From an uncultured delta proteobacterium (lineage in GTDB: Bacteria > Myxococcota > Myxococcia > Myxococcales > Myxococcaceae), in NCBI GenBank assembly GCA_963713045.1, contig CAVQKE010000003.1:800001-864000 (forward strand): a stretch of DNA of 64,000 bases, written 5' to 3'. A program made the translations under genes and the position numbers. The notes under the pieces were generated by a model. It saw only the letters and a list, made by a program, of their open reading frames with translations, made no database searches and was not told the DNA's origin. Shown piece after piece: positions 48,998 to 58,727 of this stretch. The first letter of the stretch is position 1. The number at the start of each line of letters is the position of its first letter.

Positions 48998-49893
48998 GTG
49001 CGGAGGGCCCGACTGACTGCCAGAAAGCTGCCGACCAGTCCCAGCCCTGCCCCGACGGCGAAGAGCTCGAGTGTGTGTCTGAGGCCCCACAGGGCCTGGG
49101 CTGGGCTCGGCACGCGAAGGAAGGCCAACAGCGCCTCCAGCTGGGGCCCCACCCAGTGCAGCACTGCCTCCAAGCCGACCAGCGCCAGCGCTGCACCGAC
49201 CAGGCCCTGCAAGAGGCCCTCGATGAGAAAGGGCGCCCGCACGAAGCGGTCGGTGGCCCCGACCAGCTTCTGTATCTCCACTTCCTCCCGCCGAGCGTAA
49301 ATGGCCAGCTGCAGCGTCGCACTCACCACCACCACCGTGGCGATAACCAGGACGGCGAGGGCGAAGAGGCCACCCCAGCGCAGGGCGCGAGCCAATGCGC
49401 CCAGACGCTCCACCGCCTCCTCTCCCCAGTCGACCGCAGTCACCGGCGCCTGCTGCTGCAGCTCGGCGGCCAGACGCCGCAGCGAGGCCGGGTCACGCCA
49501 CGCAGGCGGGACGCGGAGCTCCAGCGAGGGCGGCAGAGGGTCGCGGGCCAGTCCTTTCAAGGCATCCGCCGCCGGCCCCAGCTCGCGGGTCAGCCGCTGC
49601 ACCGCCGCCCGGGCCGTGACCAGCTGTACCCCGAAGCCGCGGCTGCGCAGAGGGGCTGCCACTGCCTCCACCTCGGCCTCAGCAGCACTGGGCCGCAGCC
49701 ACACCGTCACTTGGACTTCCGTCCCGAGGCTACTGAGGAGGTGCTCGACGGCCCCGGCGCCGGCGCGGCCGAGTCCCAGCGCGAAGAGCGCAATCGCCAG
49801 ACTGAGCACCGCCACCGCATGCGGAAAAGGCTGGTGACGGATGCCCTGCAGCGCCGAGCGCCAGAAGACTTCCGCCTTCGCGACACCACCCAT
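48994..49893 (-). CDS. ftsX: Cell division permease FtsX
   Basis: PLPPSLE, IYARREEVEIQKLVGATDRFVRAPFLIEG; 4-TM pattern. Confidence 0.92.
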   Translation of the reverse strand: MGGVAKAEVFWRSALQGIRHQPFPHAVAVLSLAIALFALGLGRAGAGAVEHLLSSLGTEVQVTVWLRPSAAEAEVEAVAAPLRSRGFGVQLVTARAAVQRLTRELGPAADALKGLARDPLPPSLELRVPPAWRDPASLRRLAAELQQQAPVTAVDWGEEAVERLGALARALRWGGLFALAVLVIATVVVVSATLQLAIYARREEVEIQKLVGATDRFVRAPFLIEGLLQGLVGAALALVGLEAVLHWVGPQLEALLAFLRVPSPAQALWGLRHTLELFAVGAGLGLVGSFLAVSRALRT

Positions 49894-49920
49894 CGGGACT
49901 CTGGTTCTCCTTCGGTCCGT

Positions 49921-50610
49921 CTAGCCGGTGCGCCGGGCCGTCTGCACTTGAGCGGTGTCGGAGACCAGCCGCCCGCGTTCCAGACGGATGACGCGCTTCT
50001 GGTAGCGCTCGAGCAGTGTCGCATCGTGCGTCGCGACCACCACCGTCGTTCCGCGCACATTCACCTCGCACAAGAGGTCCAGTATCTCCAGGGTGAGGCC
50101 AGGGTCGAGATTTCCAGTGGGCTCGTCCGCCAGCAGGATGGTCGGGTCATTGACGAGCGCCCGGGCAATGACGACGCGCTGTTGCTCCCCGCCGGACAAT
50201 TTCAGCGGCAGCGCCTCGGCCTTGTGCTGAAGGCCGACCAGCTTGAGCATCCGCAAGACGCGCTCGCGGGACTCGGCCCGCGGCGTGCCCAGGACGTCCA
50301 GGGTGAAGGCGACGTTGTCGAGCACCGTCCGGTGGGGCAGAAGTTTGAAGTCCTGGAAGACGACGCCGATGTTGCGTCGAAGGTAGGGCACCGAGGCGTC
50401 ACGAATGCGGGCCACGTTGCGTCCGCCCACCAGAATCTGCCCCCGGGTAGGCTTCTCGTCACAGAAGACGAGGCGCAACAGGGTTGTCTTTCCCGCGCCC
50501 GAGGGACCGGTCAAGAAGACGAATTCGCCCTTGTCCACGGTGAGGTTCACGTCGGTCAACACCGGTGGGTCCCCGGGGTAGGACTTGGTGACGTGAAACA
50601 TTTGAATCAT
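49921..50610 (-). CDS. ftsE: Cell division ATP-binding protein FtsE
   Basis: [41 protein letters not shown]; start re-called at ATG 50610. Confidence 0.95.
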   Translation of the reverse strand: MIQMFHVTKSYPGDPPVLTDVNLTVDKGEFVFLTGPSGAGKTTLLRLVFCDEKPTRGQILVGGRNVARIRDASVPYLRRNIGVVFQDFKLLPHRTVLDNVAFTLDVLGTPRAESRERVLRMLKLVGLQHKAEALPLKLSGGEQQRVVIARALVNDPTILLADEPTGNLDPGLTLEILDLLCEVNVRGTTVVVATHDATLLERYQKRVIRLERGRLVSDTAQVQTARRTG

Positions 50611-50678
50611 CGGCGGAGATTCTCGCACAGGGGGCACCCTGGCTGCGATTCCACTAGACTGCCGTCCGAGGAGCCCGG

Positions 50679-51224
50679 ATGTCCGACCTATTTGACCTCC
50701 CTGGGGGTCCCCCGCAGCTCGAGCCAGGCGAGCCGGAGCCGGAACCCCTCCGTTCTCCGCGCGGCGGGGGGTCCTGGTTGCCCTGGCTGCTGGCGGGCAT
50801 CGCGGTGGCCGTTCTGGCCGGTGTCTCCTTCTACGGGAAGAAAGTCGTCGACGACCAGGCGGCCCGCACACTCAACGCGCAGCGGCTGGCCGAGGAGTAT
50901 GGCGCTCGGACCGGTCGGCTCGAGCAAGACCGCAAGGACGCCTTACGCCAGTCGATGGACCTCTCGCAGAAGCTGGATGAGGTGGGCGCTGCGCGCTCCG
51001 CCTTGGCGGACCAGCTGAAGGACAAGGAGAGTGCGCTGTCCAACTTGAGCCAGCGGCACGAGACTCTGCTGAACGAGTTACGTTCAGCCTTAAGGACCGC
51101 CAAGAATAAGGCCTCTCTGCAGAAGCACATCTCGGCTGCCCTCAGCCGCGACGCCGCCTCCAGCGCGCCGGATGCGGGCGCTCCCACCGCTGCACGGCCG
51201 CATTCCCATTCCCACGCCCAGTGA
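50679..51224 (+). CDS. Hypothetical single-pass membrane coiled-coil protein
   Basis: TM WLPWLLAGIAVAVLAGVSFY followed by a heptad-rich region. Confidence 0.65.
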   Translation: MSDLFDLPGGPPQLEPGEPEPEPLRSPRGGGSWLPWLLAGIAVAVLAGVSFYGKKVVDDQAARTLNAQRLAEEYGARTGRLEQDRKDALRQSMDLSQKLDEVGAARSALADQLKDKESALSNLSQRHETLLNELRSALRTAKNKASLQKHISAALSRDAASSAPDAGAPTAARPHSHSHAQ

Positions 51225-51238
51225 GGAGCTCAGCCGCC

Positions 51239-51541
51239 ATGAAGCTCGCGACGCTACTGCTACCGTTGGCCGTCATGCTCTTCGCAGCGACCGCTTGGGC
51301 CGACGCTGCAGTCAGAGTCCCCGTCGGAAAGACGACGACGGTCGACGTCGGCTTCGCCCGAGGGCTGAACTGCGATGACCTCTCGGTGGCGGACGTCCAA
51401 ATTCGAACCGTTTCCAAACAAACCAACCAGCTGGTCATCACCGGACTCAAGCCCGGACGCACCCTGTGCCGCGTCGGGAGTCCGAGTACCGGTCCGACAC
51501 TCCTGGTCAACATCGTCGTCGTCGAGAAAAGCGAAGACTGA
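51239..51541 (+). CDS. Small secreted Ig-like protein (resembles the pilus-secretin N-terminal domain)
   Basis: GAGGAG RBS; signal peptide AWA-D; VPVGKT...DDLSVADV...LVITGLKPGRT. Confidence 0.6.
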   Translation: MKLATLLLPLAVMLFAATAWADAAVRVPVGKTTTVDVGFARGLNCDDLSVADVQIRTVSKQTNQLVITGLKPGRTLCRVGSPSTGPTLLVNIVVVEKSED

Positions 51542-51657
51542 GCCGGGCCAGGCCGACGCCCGCAAGCCCCCCAGCGAAGGGCAGCAGACGGGGCCAGCGC
51601 GCGCTGGTGCGACACGACTGTCGTCGCAATTGGCTCGCGGCAAGCCGCCGGGGCGCC

Positions 51658-52233
51658 TCAGGACTTCGGGAGAACTTGCTCCAACTTCTGGGTCAAGTTG
51701 GTGCCCACGGGGTCGGTCTTGCTGTCGAAGTGCTCCACCACCGTGCCGTCGGGTGCGACCAGGAATTTGTTGAAGTTCCAGGTGATGGGGCCGCCTTGCT
51801 TGCCGGGTAGGCTCGTCAGGTACTTGTACAGGGGCGCCGCGGACGCGCCTTTCACGTCGATTTTTTCGAAGAGGGGAAAGGTGGTCTTGTATTTCAGCTC
51901 GCAGAATTTTTTGATTTCGGCGTTGCTGCCGGGCTCCTGACCGCCGAAGTCGTTCGACGGAAACGCCAGCACCACCAGGCCCTTGTCCTTGTACTTTTCA
52001 TAGACGGCCTCCAGCCCGGCGTACTGGGGAGTGAAGCCGCATTGCGAAGCGGTGTTGACGATGAGGAGCGCCTTGCCCTTGTACTCGGCAAGCGAGGCAT
52101 CCTTGCCATCAATGGTTTTCACTGTGAAGTCATAGACGGACACGGGAGTTCCTTGGGCAGCCGCCTCCGCTGAAAAGGCGGCCGCGGCGAAAGGGAGGGA
52201 CCGGAGAAAGGTACCGAGGAGCGAAGCGCGCAT
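51658..52233 (-). CDS. Glutathione peroxidase family protein (Cys type)
   Basis: VNTASQCGFTPQY, LAFPSNDFGGQEPG, WNFNKFLV. Confidence 0.93.
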   Translation of the reverse strand: MRASLLGTFLRSLPFAAAAFSAEAAAQGTPVSVYDFTVKTIDGKDASLAEYKGKALLIVNTASQCGFTPQYAGLEAVYEKYKDKGLVVLAFPSNDFGGQEPGSNAEIKKFCELKYKTTFPLFEKIDVKGASAAPLYKYLTSLPGKQGGPITWNFNKFLVAPDGTVVEHFDSKTDPVGTNLTQKLEQVLPKS

Positions 52234-52254
52234 TCTACAGTCCCCCTAGAGAGA

Positions 52255-52677
52255 GTGGACAACCCAGACGTTGAGCGGCCTGTGCCTAACCCGACTCCCG
52301 GGCAGATGCCGCTCTTTCAAGCGCAGCGCCAGCTGGTGCGGCCCTGGCCCATCACCCTTCTGTGTTTCGGCGGCGCACTCGCTCTGGGCCTCAGCTGGTG
52401 GCGTGCCCTGGTGGGGGAAGCGGCGCGGGCCTTTGGCCCCGGCTATTGGCCCTACCTCCTCGCAACCAGCACCGCGTTGGCGGTCGCGTTGTGGGGCCTC
52501 TGGCACCTCAAACGCTGGGCGCTCTGGGCCTTCCCTGCGGCACTGCTGTTGGACAACGCGGTTCTGGCGGCGATGGGGGCGCTTCGGGGTGCCGTCCTCG
52601 GCGTCGAGGCCGCCCTGGTGCTGCTGGTCCTTGCCTACTTCCGCGCCTTCACGCGGACGTCGAACGCCAGACGCTAG
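52255..52677 (+). CDS. Hypothetical integral membrane protein
   Basis: About four hydrophobic segments; fills the gap between flanking genes. Confidence 0.55.
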   Translation: MDNPDVERPVPNPTPGQMPLFQAQRQLVRPWPITLLCFGGALALGLSWWRALVGEAARAFGPGYWPYLLATSTALAVALWGLWHLKRWALWAFPAALLLDNAVLAAMGALRGAVLGVEAALVLLVLAYFRAFTRTSNARR

Positions 52678-52693
52678 CCACCCCGACCCAGCC

Positions 52694-53212
52694 TCAGCCG
52701 TCCTTCTCCGAGGTGAGGTAGCCGAGAATGACTTCGTCGAGGGACTTCTCGGACACCAAGTCCTCGCCAAACAGCGTCTCCGCCACGAATTCACTGGCGG
52801 TTGGTTCGATTGGCGCCAACTCGAGCAGAGGAATGGGCAGTGGAGACTTGGTCGGGGCCGGCGCAGGTGGTTTGGGGGGAGCCGCCACCTCGTCGGCGAG
52901 CTGACCCGGCTGGTAGGCCCGCGCGGCGTTCGCTTGGTCCGCCCCGTCGTAGACGCCAGCCCGGACGGCGCGCAGCATCTCTTTGTGCTGTTCCTCCATC
53001 CGCTGGCGTACCAAGTCCACCAGGTTGGGCGCACCGACCAGCTCCGCGTAGGACGTCTTCTTCTGCGCGAGAATGTTTCCGCCCACGTACAGCAGCGTGA
53101 CGATGGTGGGGTTGTTGACTCCCGAGTCCTCCGTCTGCACGTGGAAGACCCGCTGGCGGTGGGTAATGTTGTGGTTGAAGCCGGAGACGGCTCGGTCGAA
53201 GGTTCTGGCCAT
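52694..53212 (-). CDS. Conserved-looking hypothetical cytoplasmic protein
   Basis: GFNHNI....FHVQTEDSG...TLLYVGGNIL...MEEQHKEML domain, Pro-rich linker, C-terminal SLDEVILGYL. Confidence 0.75.
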   Translation of the reverse strand: MARTFDRAVSGFNHNITHRQRVFHVQTEDSGVNNPTIVTLLYVGGNILAQKKTSYAELVGAPNLVDLVRQRMEEQHKEMLRAVRAGVYDGADQANAARAYQPGQLADEVAAPPKPPAPAPTKSPLPIPLLELAPIEPTASEFVAETLFGEDLVSEKSLDEVILGYLTSEKDG

Positions 53213-53303
53213 CCGGAACGGCGCACTCGGGCGCGGGCGTCACTGCACGGTAGCAACGCCCTCGCGCCAGACGCAAGAAAGTGGGCCCACCTTCTGCTCC
53301 GGG

Positions 53304-53927
53304 TTAGCGGGCGGTGGCCGGTAGCGCAATGCCGTGGGCCGCAGCCTCCTCGGGCGTATTGACACTGAGGACGGCGCGGCAGTGCGGGTCCACCCGTTGC
53401 AGCGCCTGCTGCGGAAGCAACCTGGTACGCACCGTCTGCCACAACTCGGGAAAGGAGGGGTTCTTGTCGAGGGCAGCTCCCCAGGCGGGCGCCAGCTGTG
53501 CGCGGTAGCAGGCCAAGAGCGGCTCGAGCCGTCCGTTGGCCTCGAAGCCGATGGCGTCGACGGCATCGGTGCGCCCGGCGAGCAACAACTCCACCACCTC
53601 CGCTGTGACAAAGGGCATGTCGGCGGCTACCACCAACACCCAAGGCGTGCGGGCATGGACCAGCGCTGCATGCACGCCTCCCGGGGCGCCCCGGTTGGGG
53701 ACGACGTCGGACACGGAACGAACGCCGAAGCGTTGGTACGGTTTCGGGTCCGACGTCACGAGAAACGTCTCTGCGAAGCGTGGCCCGAGCGCCAGCAGGT
53801 GGCCGAGCAGCGGCTGTCCGTCCCGCAGAAGCAGCCCTTTGGCGATTCCATTCAGCCGGCGGGCCCGCCCACCGGCCAGGATGGCCAGCGTGACGTCGAG
53901 TGGCGTTTGGCCGGTGTCCTTGTGCAC
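53304..53927 (-). CDS. mobA: Molybdenum cofactor guanylyltransferase
   Basis: ILAGGRARRL.G..K, GAPGG, AADMPF, EPLLACY, SVNTPEE. Confidence 0.88.
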   Translation of the reverse strand: MHKDTGQTPLDVTLAILAGGRARRLNGIAKGLLLRDGQPLLGHLLALGPRFAETFLVTSDPKPYQRFGVRSVSDVVPNRGAPGGVHAALVHARTPWVLVVAADMPFVTAEVVELLLAGRTDAVDAIGFEANGRLEPLLACYRAQLAPAWGAALDKNPSFPELWQTVRTRLLPQQALQRVDPHCRAVLSVNTPEEAAAHGIALPATAR

Positions 53928-53972
53928 GGCCTCAACGCCGTTTCTTGCGGCCGGCGGCTGCTGCCCAGTCGG

Positions 53973-54917
53973 TCAACTTCCCACCTTGTTCGCCACCACC
54001 TTGGCCAACTCAAGCACTTCCACCGGGACCGCGATGACCACGGTGTTGGCCACGGACGAGCCCAGTCCGTCGAGCGTCTGCAGGGTGCGCAGCTGCATCG
54101 CTCCAACACTGCGAGACATGGTGTCCGCCGCCTGTGCCAAGTTGACGGCCGCATCGCGGTCGCCTTCGGCCTTGGTGATGGTGGCTCGCTTCTCGCGTTC
54201 GGCCGATGCTTGCCGCGACATCATCCGCTTGAGGTCCTCCGGCATGTTGATGTCCAAGAGTCGAATCGAGTCCACGTGGATGCCCCAGGCGCTGGCGCGG
54301 CTCTCCACCACCTCAGCAATCTTCGCCTGAATCTGGTCTCGCTCGCTGAGCAATTCGTCGAGAGTCATGCTGCCGATGACGTCGCGCAGCGAGGCTTGCG
54401 CATACTGGGAAATGGCATAGCGGTAGTCCTGCACGGTGATGACGGCTCGCTCCGGGTCCTTCACCATGAAGAAGATGACGCCATCCACCTGCACCGGGAC
54501 GTTGTCGCGGGTAATGACTTGCTGGTGCGGCACGTCCAAGGTGAGCAGTCGGGTGTCAACGAAACGCACGTTGTCAAACACCGGGAACACCAACATCACC
54601 CCCGGTCCCTTCAGCCCGTGGTAGCGCCCCAGGCGCAGGACGACGCCCCGCTCCCATTGCGCCGCGATGCGGATGATGCGGCTCGCCCAGGCGGCCACCA
54701 CCAGCGCCAGCGCGCTTCCCAGCGGGAAGGCCACCCCGGCGCCGAGCAGACCTCCGGTGCCGAGGCCAATCGCCGCCGCCAGGGCCGTGCCGAGCGCCCA
54801 CACCAGAAAAAACACCACCACACGCAGCGGACGGCCGAGCGAGACGTGCTCGAACGTGGGTCGGGCATAAGCGCGGTCCGTCAAAGGCTGACGCACGCTG
54901 TTCCGCGCCTCCTGCAT
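53973..54917 (-). CDS. SPFH/band-7 stomatin-like (slipin) protein
   Basis: QWERGVVLRLGR, ITRDNVPV.VD, LRDVIG..TLDELL, QASAEREKRA, QLRTLQTL; start uncertain. Confidence 0.9.
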   Translation of the reverse strand: MQEARNSVRQPLTDRAYARPTFEHVSLGRPLRVVVFFLVWALGTALAAAIGLGTGGLLGAGVAFPLGSALALVVAAWASRIIRIAAQWERGVVLRLGRYHGLKGPGVMLVFPVFDNVRFVDTRLLTLDVPHQQVITRDNVPVQVDGVIFFMVKDPERAVITVQDYRYAISQYAQASLRDVIGSMTLDELLSERDQIQAKIAEVVESRASAWGIHVDSIRLLDINMPEDLKRMMSRQASAEREKRATITKAEGDRDAAVNLAQAADTMSRSVGAMQLRTLQTLDGLGSSVANTVVIAVPVEVLELAKVVANKVGS

Positions 54918-55027
54918 CAACTCCTTCGCTTCGGCGGAGATTCGCGGCACCATGCTGGAGCTCCTCGAGGGATGGCCAGCAGAGCATCGCATGCGGGCCG
55001 CGGAGGGGTTAGCCTGCCGACAAGTCC

Positions 55028-55897
55028 ATGTCGAAGCCCGGAATGGCGGAGCGGCCGATGCGCCGCATCGAGGCGGGAAGCATCGCCTCGCTGGCCATCG
55101 ATTCGGTGGCCATCGAAGAGCCGCTCGAGATTCGCGTCGCCGGCGACCCGGTGGCCATCACCATGCGCACGCCGGGGGCAGACGCTCAGCTGGCCGCGGG
55201 CTTTCTCTACGCTGAAGGCATCATCCGCAGCCTCGACGACCTGGGGACCCTGAGCCACTGCGGGCGGGCGGACGAGGAGGGCTATGGAAACGTCCTCGAC
55301 GTCCTGCCGGCACCGGGTGTGCACCTCGACTTGGAACGGGTGCAGGCCACCCGCCGAGGCACCCTCACCACGGCGGCCTGCGGCGTCTGTGGACGACGCA
55401 GCGTGGACGACTTGCTGGCCCTGGTGAAGAGCCTTCCGGTGGTGGAGGCCATTCCGCGTCGGCTGGTGGGCGACGCGCCGGAGCTGCTGCGGGCGGCGCA
55501 GCGGACGTTTAGCCGGACCGGGGGAACGCATGCCGCGGCAATTCTCGCCAGCGACGGCAGCACCCTGACCGTCCACGAGGACGTCGGCCGCCACAACGCC
55601 GTGGACAAGGCGGTGGGCACCCTTCTGCTTCAGGCCCGCTTGGGCAATCCACGCTCGCCGGCGCCCACGCCACCGCCGGCAGTGCTGGTGGTGAGCGGGC
55701 GTTCCAGTTTCGAGATGGTGCAGAAGGCAGCGATGGCGCGAATTCCTGTCCTGGCCAGCGTCGGCGCTGCCAGCACGCTGGCCATCGACCTGGCGCAGCG
55801 AGCCGGTGTCACGCTGGCCGCCTTCGTGCGCAACGGCACCTTCAACGTGTACTGCCATGCTGAGCGGCTGGTGGGCGAGGAGTCCCGCTCCATCTAG
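55028..55897 (+). CDS. fdhD: Formate dehydrogenase accessory sulfurtransferase FdhD
   Basis: EEPLEIR, TMRTPG, CGVCG, TGGTHAA, EDVGRHNAVDK, SGRSSFEMVQK. Confidence 0.93.
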   Translation: MSKPGMAERPMRRIEAGSIASLAIDSVAIEEPLEIRVAGDPVAITMRTPGADAQLAAGFLYAEGIIRSLDDLGTLSHCGRADEEGYGNVLDVLPAPGVHLDLERVQATRRGTLTTAACGVCGRRSVDDLLALVKSLPVVEAIPRRLVGDAPELLRAAQRTFSRTGGTHAAAILASDGSTLTVHEDVGRHNAVDKAVGTLLLQARLGNPRSPAPTPPPAVLVVSGRSSFEMVQKAAMARIPVLASVGAASTLAIDLAQRAGVTLAAFVRNGTFNVYCHAERLVGEESRSI

Positions 55898-56709
55898 CCG
55901 AGCGAGAGGTCCACCTGCTCGGCAGCCGAGACGGGGCTGCCGAGAAAACGGGCACTCACCTCGACGAAGCGCTCCGGGACGTCGGTGACATAGAAGCGTT
56001 CGGTGCGCTCGCCGTGACCGGCCGCACCGGCCCTGCCCGCGGCAAGCACCTCGGCGACGGCTTCTGCGGTCGCGTCGCCGGAGTCCACCTGGGTGACATC
56101 ATCGCCCAAAACCTGCTGAAGCACTCCCCGCAGCAACGGGTAGTGGGTGCAGCCGAGGACGACGGTGTCCATGCCCTGGCCGAGCAACCCTGTGAGGTAA
56201 CTGCGGGCGACGAGCCGTGGGACGTCTCCGCTGAGCCACCCTTCCTCGGCCAGCGGGACGAAGAGGGGGCAGGCTTTGGCGTGCACCGTCAGCCCCGAGC
56301 GCTCAGCAGCCAGAGCCCGCTGGTAGGCGCCGGAACGGATGGTGCCCGGCGTCCCCAGGACGCCCACCACCCCAGTGCGCGTTTGCGCAGCGGCGACTCG
56401 AGCGCCTGGCTCGATGACACCCACCACCGGCACGCTCAAGCTGGACCGCAGCGCTGGGAGCGCTACCGCCGACGCCGTATTGCAAGCAACCACCAGCAGC
56501 TTCACGTCAAGAGAGGTGAGAAAGGCAGCGTTGAGTTGCGCATAGCGGGTGACGACACCGGCACTCTTGGTGCCGTAGGGCACCCGGGCCGTGTCGCCCA
56601 AGTAGATGACCGACTCGTCCGGCAAGCGCGCGCGAAGCGAGCGCAGCACCGTCAGCCCGCCCACCCCTGAGTCAAAGACACCCAACGGACGACGGTCGAC
56701 GGAGCGCAT
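55894..56709 (-). CDS. murI: Glutamate racemase
   Basis: GVFDSGVGGLTV, PYGTKS, VACNTAS, LGCTHYP; start re-called at ATG 56709. Confidence 0.95.
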   Translation of the reverse strand: MRSVDRRPLGVFDSGVGGLTVLRSLRARLPDESVIYLGDTARVPYGTKSAGVVTRYAQLNAAFLTSLDVKLLVVACNTASAVALPALRSSLSVPVVGVIEPGARVAAAQTRTGVVGVLGTPGTIRSGAYQRALAAERSGLTVHAKACPLFVPLAEEGWLSGDVPRLVARSYLTGLLGQGMDTVVLGCTHYPLLRGVLQQVLGDDVTQVDSGDATAEAVAEVLAAGRAGAAGHGERTERFYVTDVPERFVEVSARFLGSPVSAAEQVDLSLG

Positions 56710-56743
56710 TCCTCCGCTCAGCACTAGCACGAAGTGCGCCAGT

Positions 56744-57826
56744 TCAGTTGAGCGGGACGCTGACCACCGTCGCCGAGGTGCCGTCGTAGAATTGGCCGGG
56801 GACGATGGTGACGGAGGGCGCCGTGCCCGAGTAGAGCACCGGCGACGGTGGGCCCCCCAAGGCGTCGACGCTGAGGCTGTAGGTGACGCCGCCGGCACGC
56901 ACGGCCGCCAGCCGCTTGAAGGGTGCCACCGCGGTCGGGCACGGCCAGCCGGTGACCGTGTAGCCGGAGCCGGCCGCGCCGCTGAAGCCAACATTCACCG
57001 AGGCGACGCCGCCCGTCGTGCACGCATTGGAGATGGGGTACGTCCAAGCGACGCCAATTCCCCCCACCTGCCAAGCGAAGGTGAAGCTTTGGGAGGTGGG
57101 GCTGCCAGCGCTGATGGTGACGCTGACCGGCAGCGTCTGTGCAAAGCCGTAGTCCAGGCCAGACTGGTAGGCCACCAGTTGCAGGCTGTGTGTGCCGGGG
57201 CTCAGCGTTGGCGTGGTGACTTGTAAAGCGCCCAGGCCAGCTGTGCAGTCGTAGGTTTGAGACGAGGTGGTGGCTCCATCGACGTAAAGCGCAACCGAGT
57301 CCATTCGGTCCGGGTCTGGATTGTCCGACGCAGTGCATGGCGGGGCGTAGCTTCCCATGGGGGGGGTAAAGCCCCAGGAGAGGTAGGCCACGCCGTTGCT
57401 GGTGCCGGCGTCGCTGCTGTTGGCGGGCTGAAGGTCGATGGCGATGGAGACTGTCTGGTTGGCCACGACGGTCGCCGTCCCGCTCCCAATCCAGGTGCTG
57501 TTGCCATTTGAGTCCAAGCCAGTGAGGACGACGGTGTAGTTGCCCGGGACGTAGTTGTAGATGACCAACTGGCCCGGCAGGGTGCCGACCGAGCAAGGGA
57601 AGGTGTTGGGGTAGATGGGGGTCGGGTCGTTCGGGACGTTGACCTGGACTTGCACCACTGTCGCCGTCTGGGAACAGCTGTTGCCGGCGAAGGTCCAGCT
57701 GACGGCGATGTTGCCGTAGGAATAGGCCGGCGGGTACGGCGGGTACGAATACGGGGCGTAGTAGCATCCGGCGGCTAGCACAAGGGCAGATAGCAGAGCG
57801 AGACGAGCCGGAGCTGAGATGCGCAT
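56744..57826 (-). CDS. Lipoprotein with three tandem Cys-paired beta-sandwich repeats
   Basis: LAAGC lipobox; three ~100-aa units starting with SWTF / SWGF / AWTY, each containing two Cys. Confidence 0.75.
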   Translation of the reverse strand: MRISAPARLALLSALVLAAGCYYAPYSYPPYPPAYSYGNIAVSWTFAGNSCSQTATVVQVQVNVPNDPTPIYPNTFPCSVGTLPGQLVIYNYVPGNYTVVLTGLDSNGNSTWIGSGTATVVANQTVSIAIDLQPANSSDAGTSNGVAYLSWGFTPPMGSYAPPCTASDNPDPDRMDSVALYVDGATTSSQTYDCTAGLGALQVTTPTLSPGTHSLQLVAYQSGLDYGFAQTLPVSVTISAGSPTSQSFTFAWQVGGIGVAWTYPISNACTTGGVASVNVGFSGAAGSGYTVTGWPCPTAVAPFKRLAAVRAGGVTYSLSVDALGGPPSPVLYSGTAPSVTIVPGQFYDGTSATVVSVPLN

Positions 57827-58003
57827 GGAACCCCTCAAAGTTTAGCGCCTTTAAGACCCGAGGACATCCGACGCGGCGAGGTCTGCTCCTATTCACCACG
57901 GCCCCGGAGACTCCGCAGTCTTGTCCGGAGGCTGGTGGGCTGTCTGCCCGAAGGGCGGGTTGAGTGTTTGACCGTCCCAACAACTGCTGGTAGCCCACTC
58001 CGG

Positions 58004-58708
58004 ATGCCTCTGCTCACCCCCGTGGTCGCGTCCATCAACTATCTGGACATTGTGGAAAGCAGCTCGGCCGTCGAGATGGCCGTGCTCGCGTTGTTGGTCG
58101 TGGTCTCGGTTGTCTCCTGGGCGCTCATCGCGTTGAAGAGTCGACAGCTTTCACGGGCCCGCGCCCAGTCCATCACCTTCCTCGACACGTTCTGGAAGGC
58201 GAGTCGACTCGACTCCATTTACCAGTCCGCCCGGGGGCTGGACTCCTCGCCCCTCTCGAAAGTCTTTTGTGCCGGCTACGAAGAGCTGTCCAAGCTGGCC
58301 CAAGCCAAGGACCCCGAGGCGGGCACCATGTCGGAGAGGCTGGGCGGCATCGAGAATGTCGAGCGCGCGCTTTACCGGGCCTCCTCCTCGCAAATTACCG
58401 AGCTCGAATCCCGGGTCAGCTTTCTCGGAACGGTGGGCGCCACTGCACCCTTTGTCGGTCTTTTTGGAACGGTGATGGGCATCCTCGGCGCCTTCAACGA
58501 GATTGCTGAGAAGGGAAACGCGAGTCTGTCGACGGTCGCGGCGCCCATCGGAAACGCCCTGTTTGCGACCGCCGCCGGCCTCTTCGCCGCCATTCCCGCG
58601 GTGGTGGCCTACAATGCTTTCGTCAGCCGAATCCGCGTCTTTGATGTGGAGATGGCGAACTTCTCCTCGGACTTTCTCAACATCGTCAAGCGCCACTTCT
58701 TCAAATGA
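58004..58708 (+). CDS. tolQ: TolQ (MotA/TolQ/ExbB family)
   Basis: SWALI, LGTVGATAPFVGLFGTVMGI, ALFATAAGLFAAIPAVVAYN. Confidence 0.92.
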   Translation: MPLLTPVVASINYLDIVESSSAVEMAVLALLVVVSVVSWALIALKSRQLSRARAQSITFLDTFWKASRLDSIYQSARGLDSSPLSKVFCAGYEELSKLAQAKDPEAGTMSERLGGIENVERALYRASSSQITELESRVSFLGTVGATAPFVGLFGTVMGILGAFNEIAEKGNASLSTVAAPIGNALFATAAGLFAAIPAVVAYNAFVSRIRVFDVEMANFSSDFLNIVKRHFFK

Positions 58709-58727
58709 GGGGAGCGTCCAGCACACC

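Noticed and set aside
52030..52060. Possible selenocysteine in the glutathione peroxidase active site
   Set aside because: The codon is TGC (SQCGFT); there is no in-frame TGA
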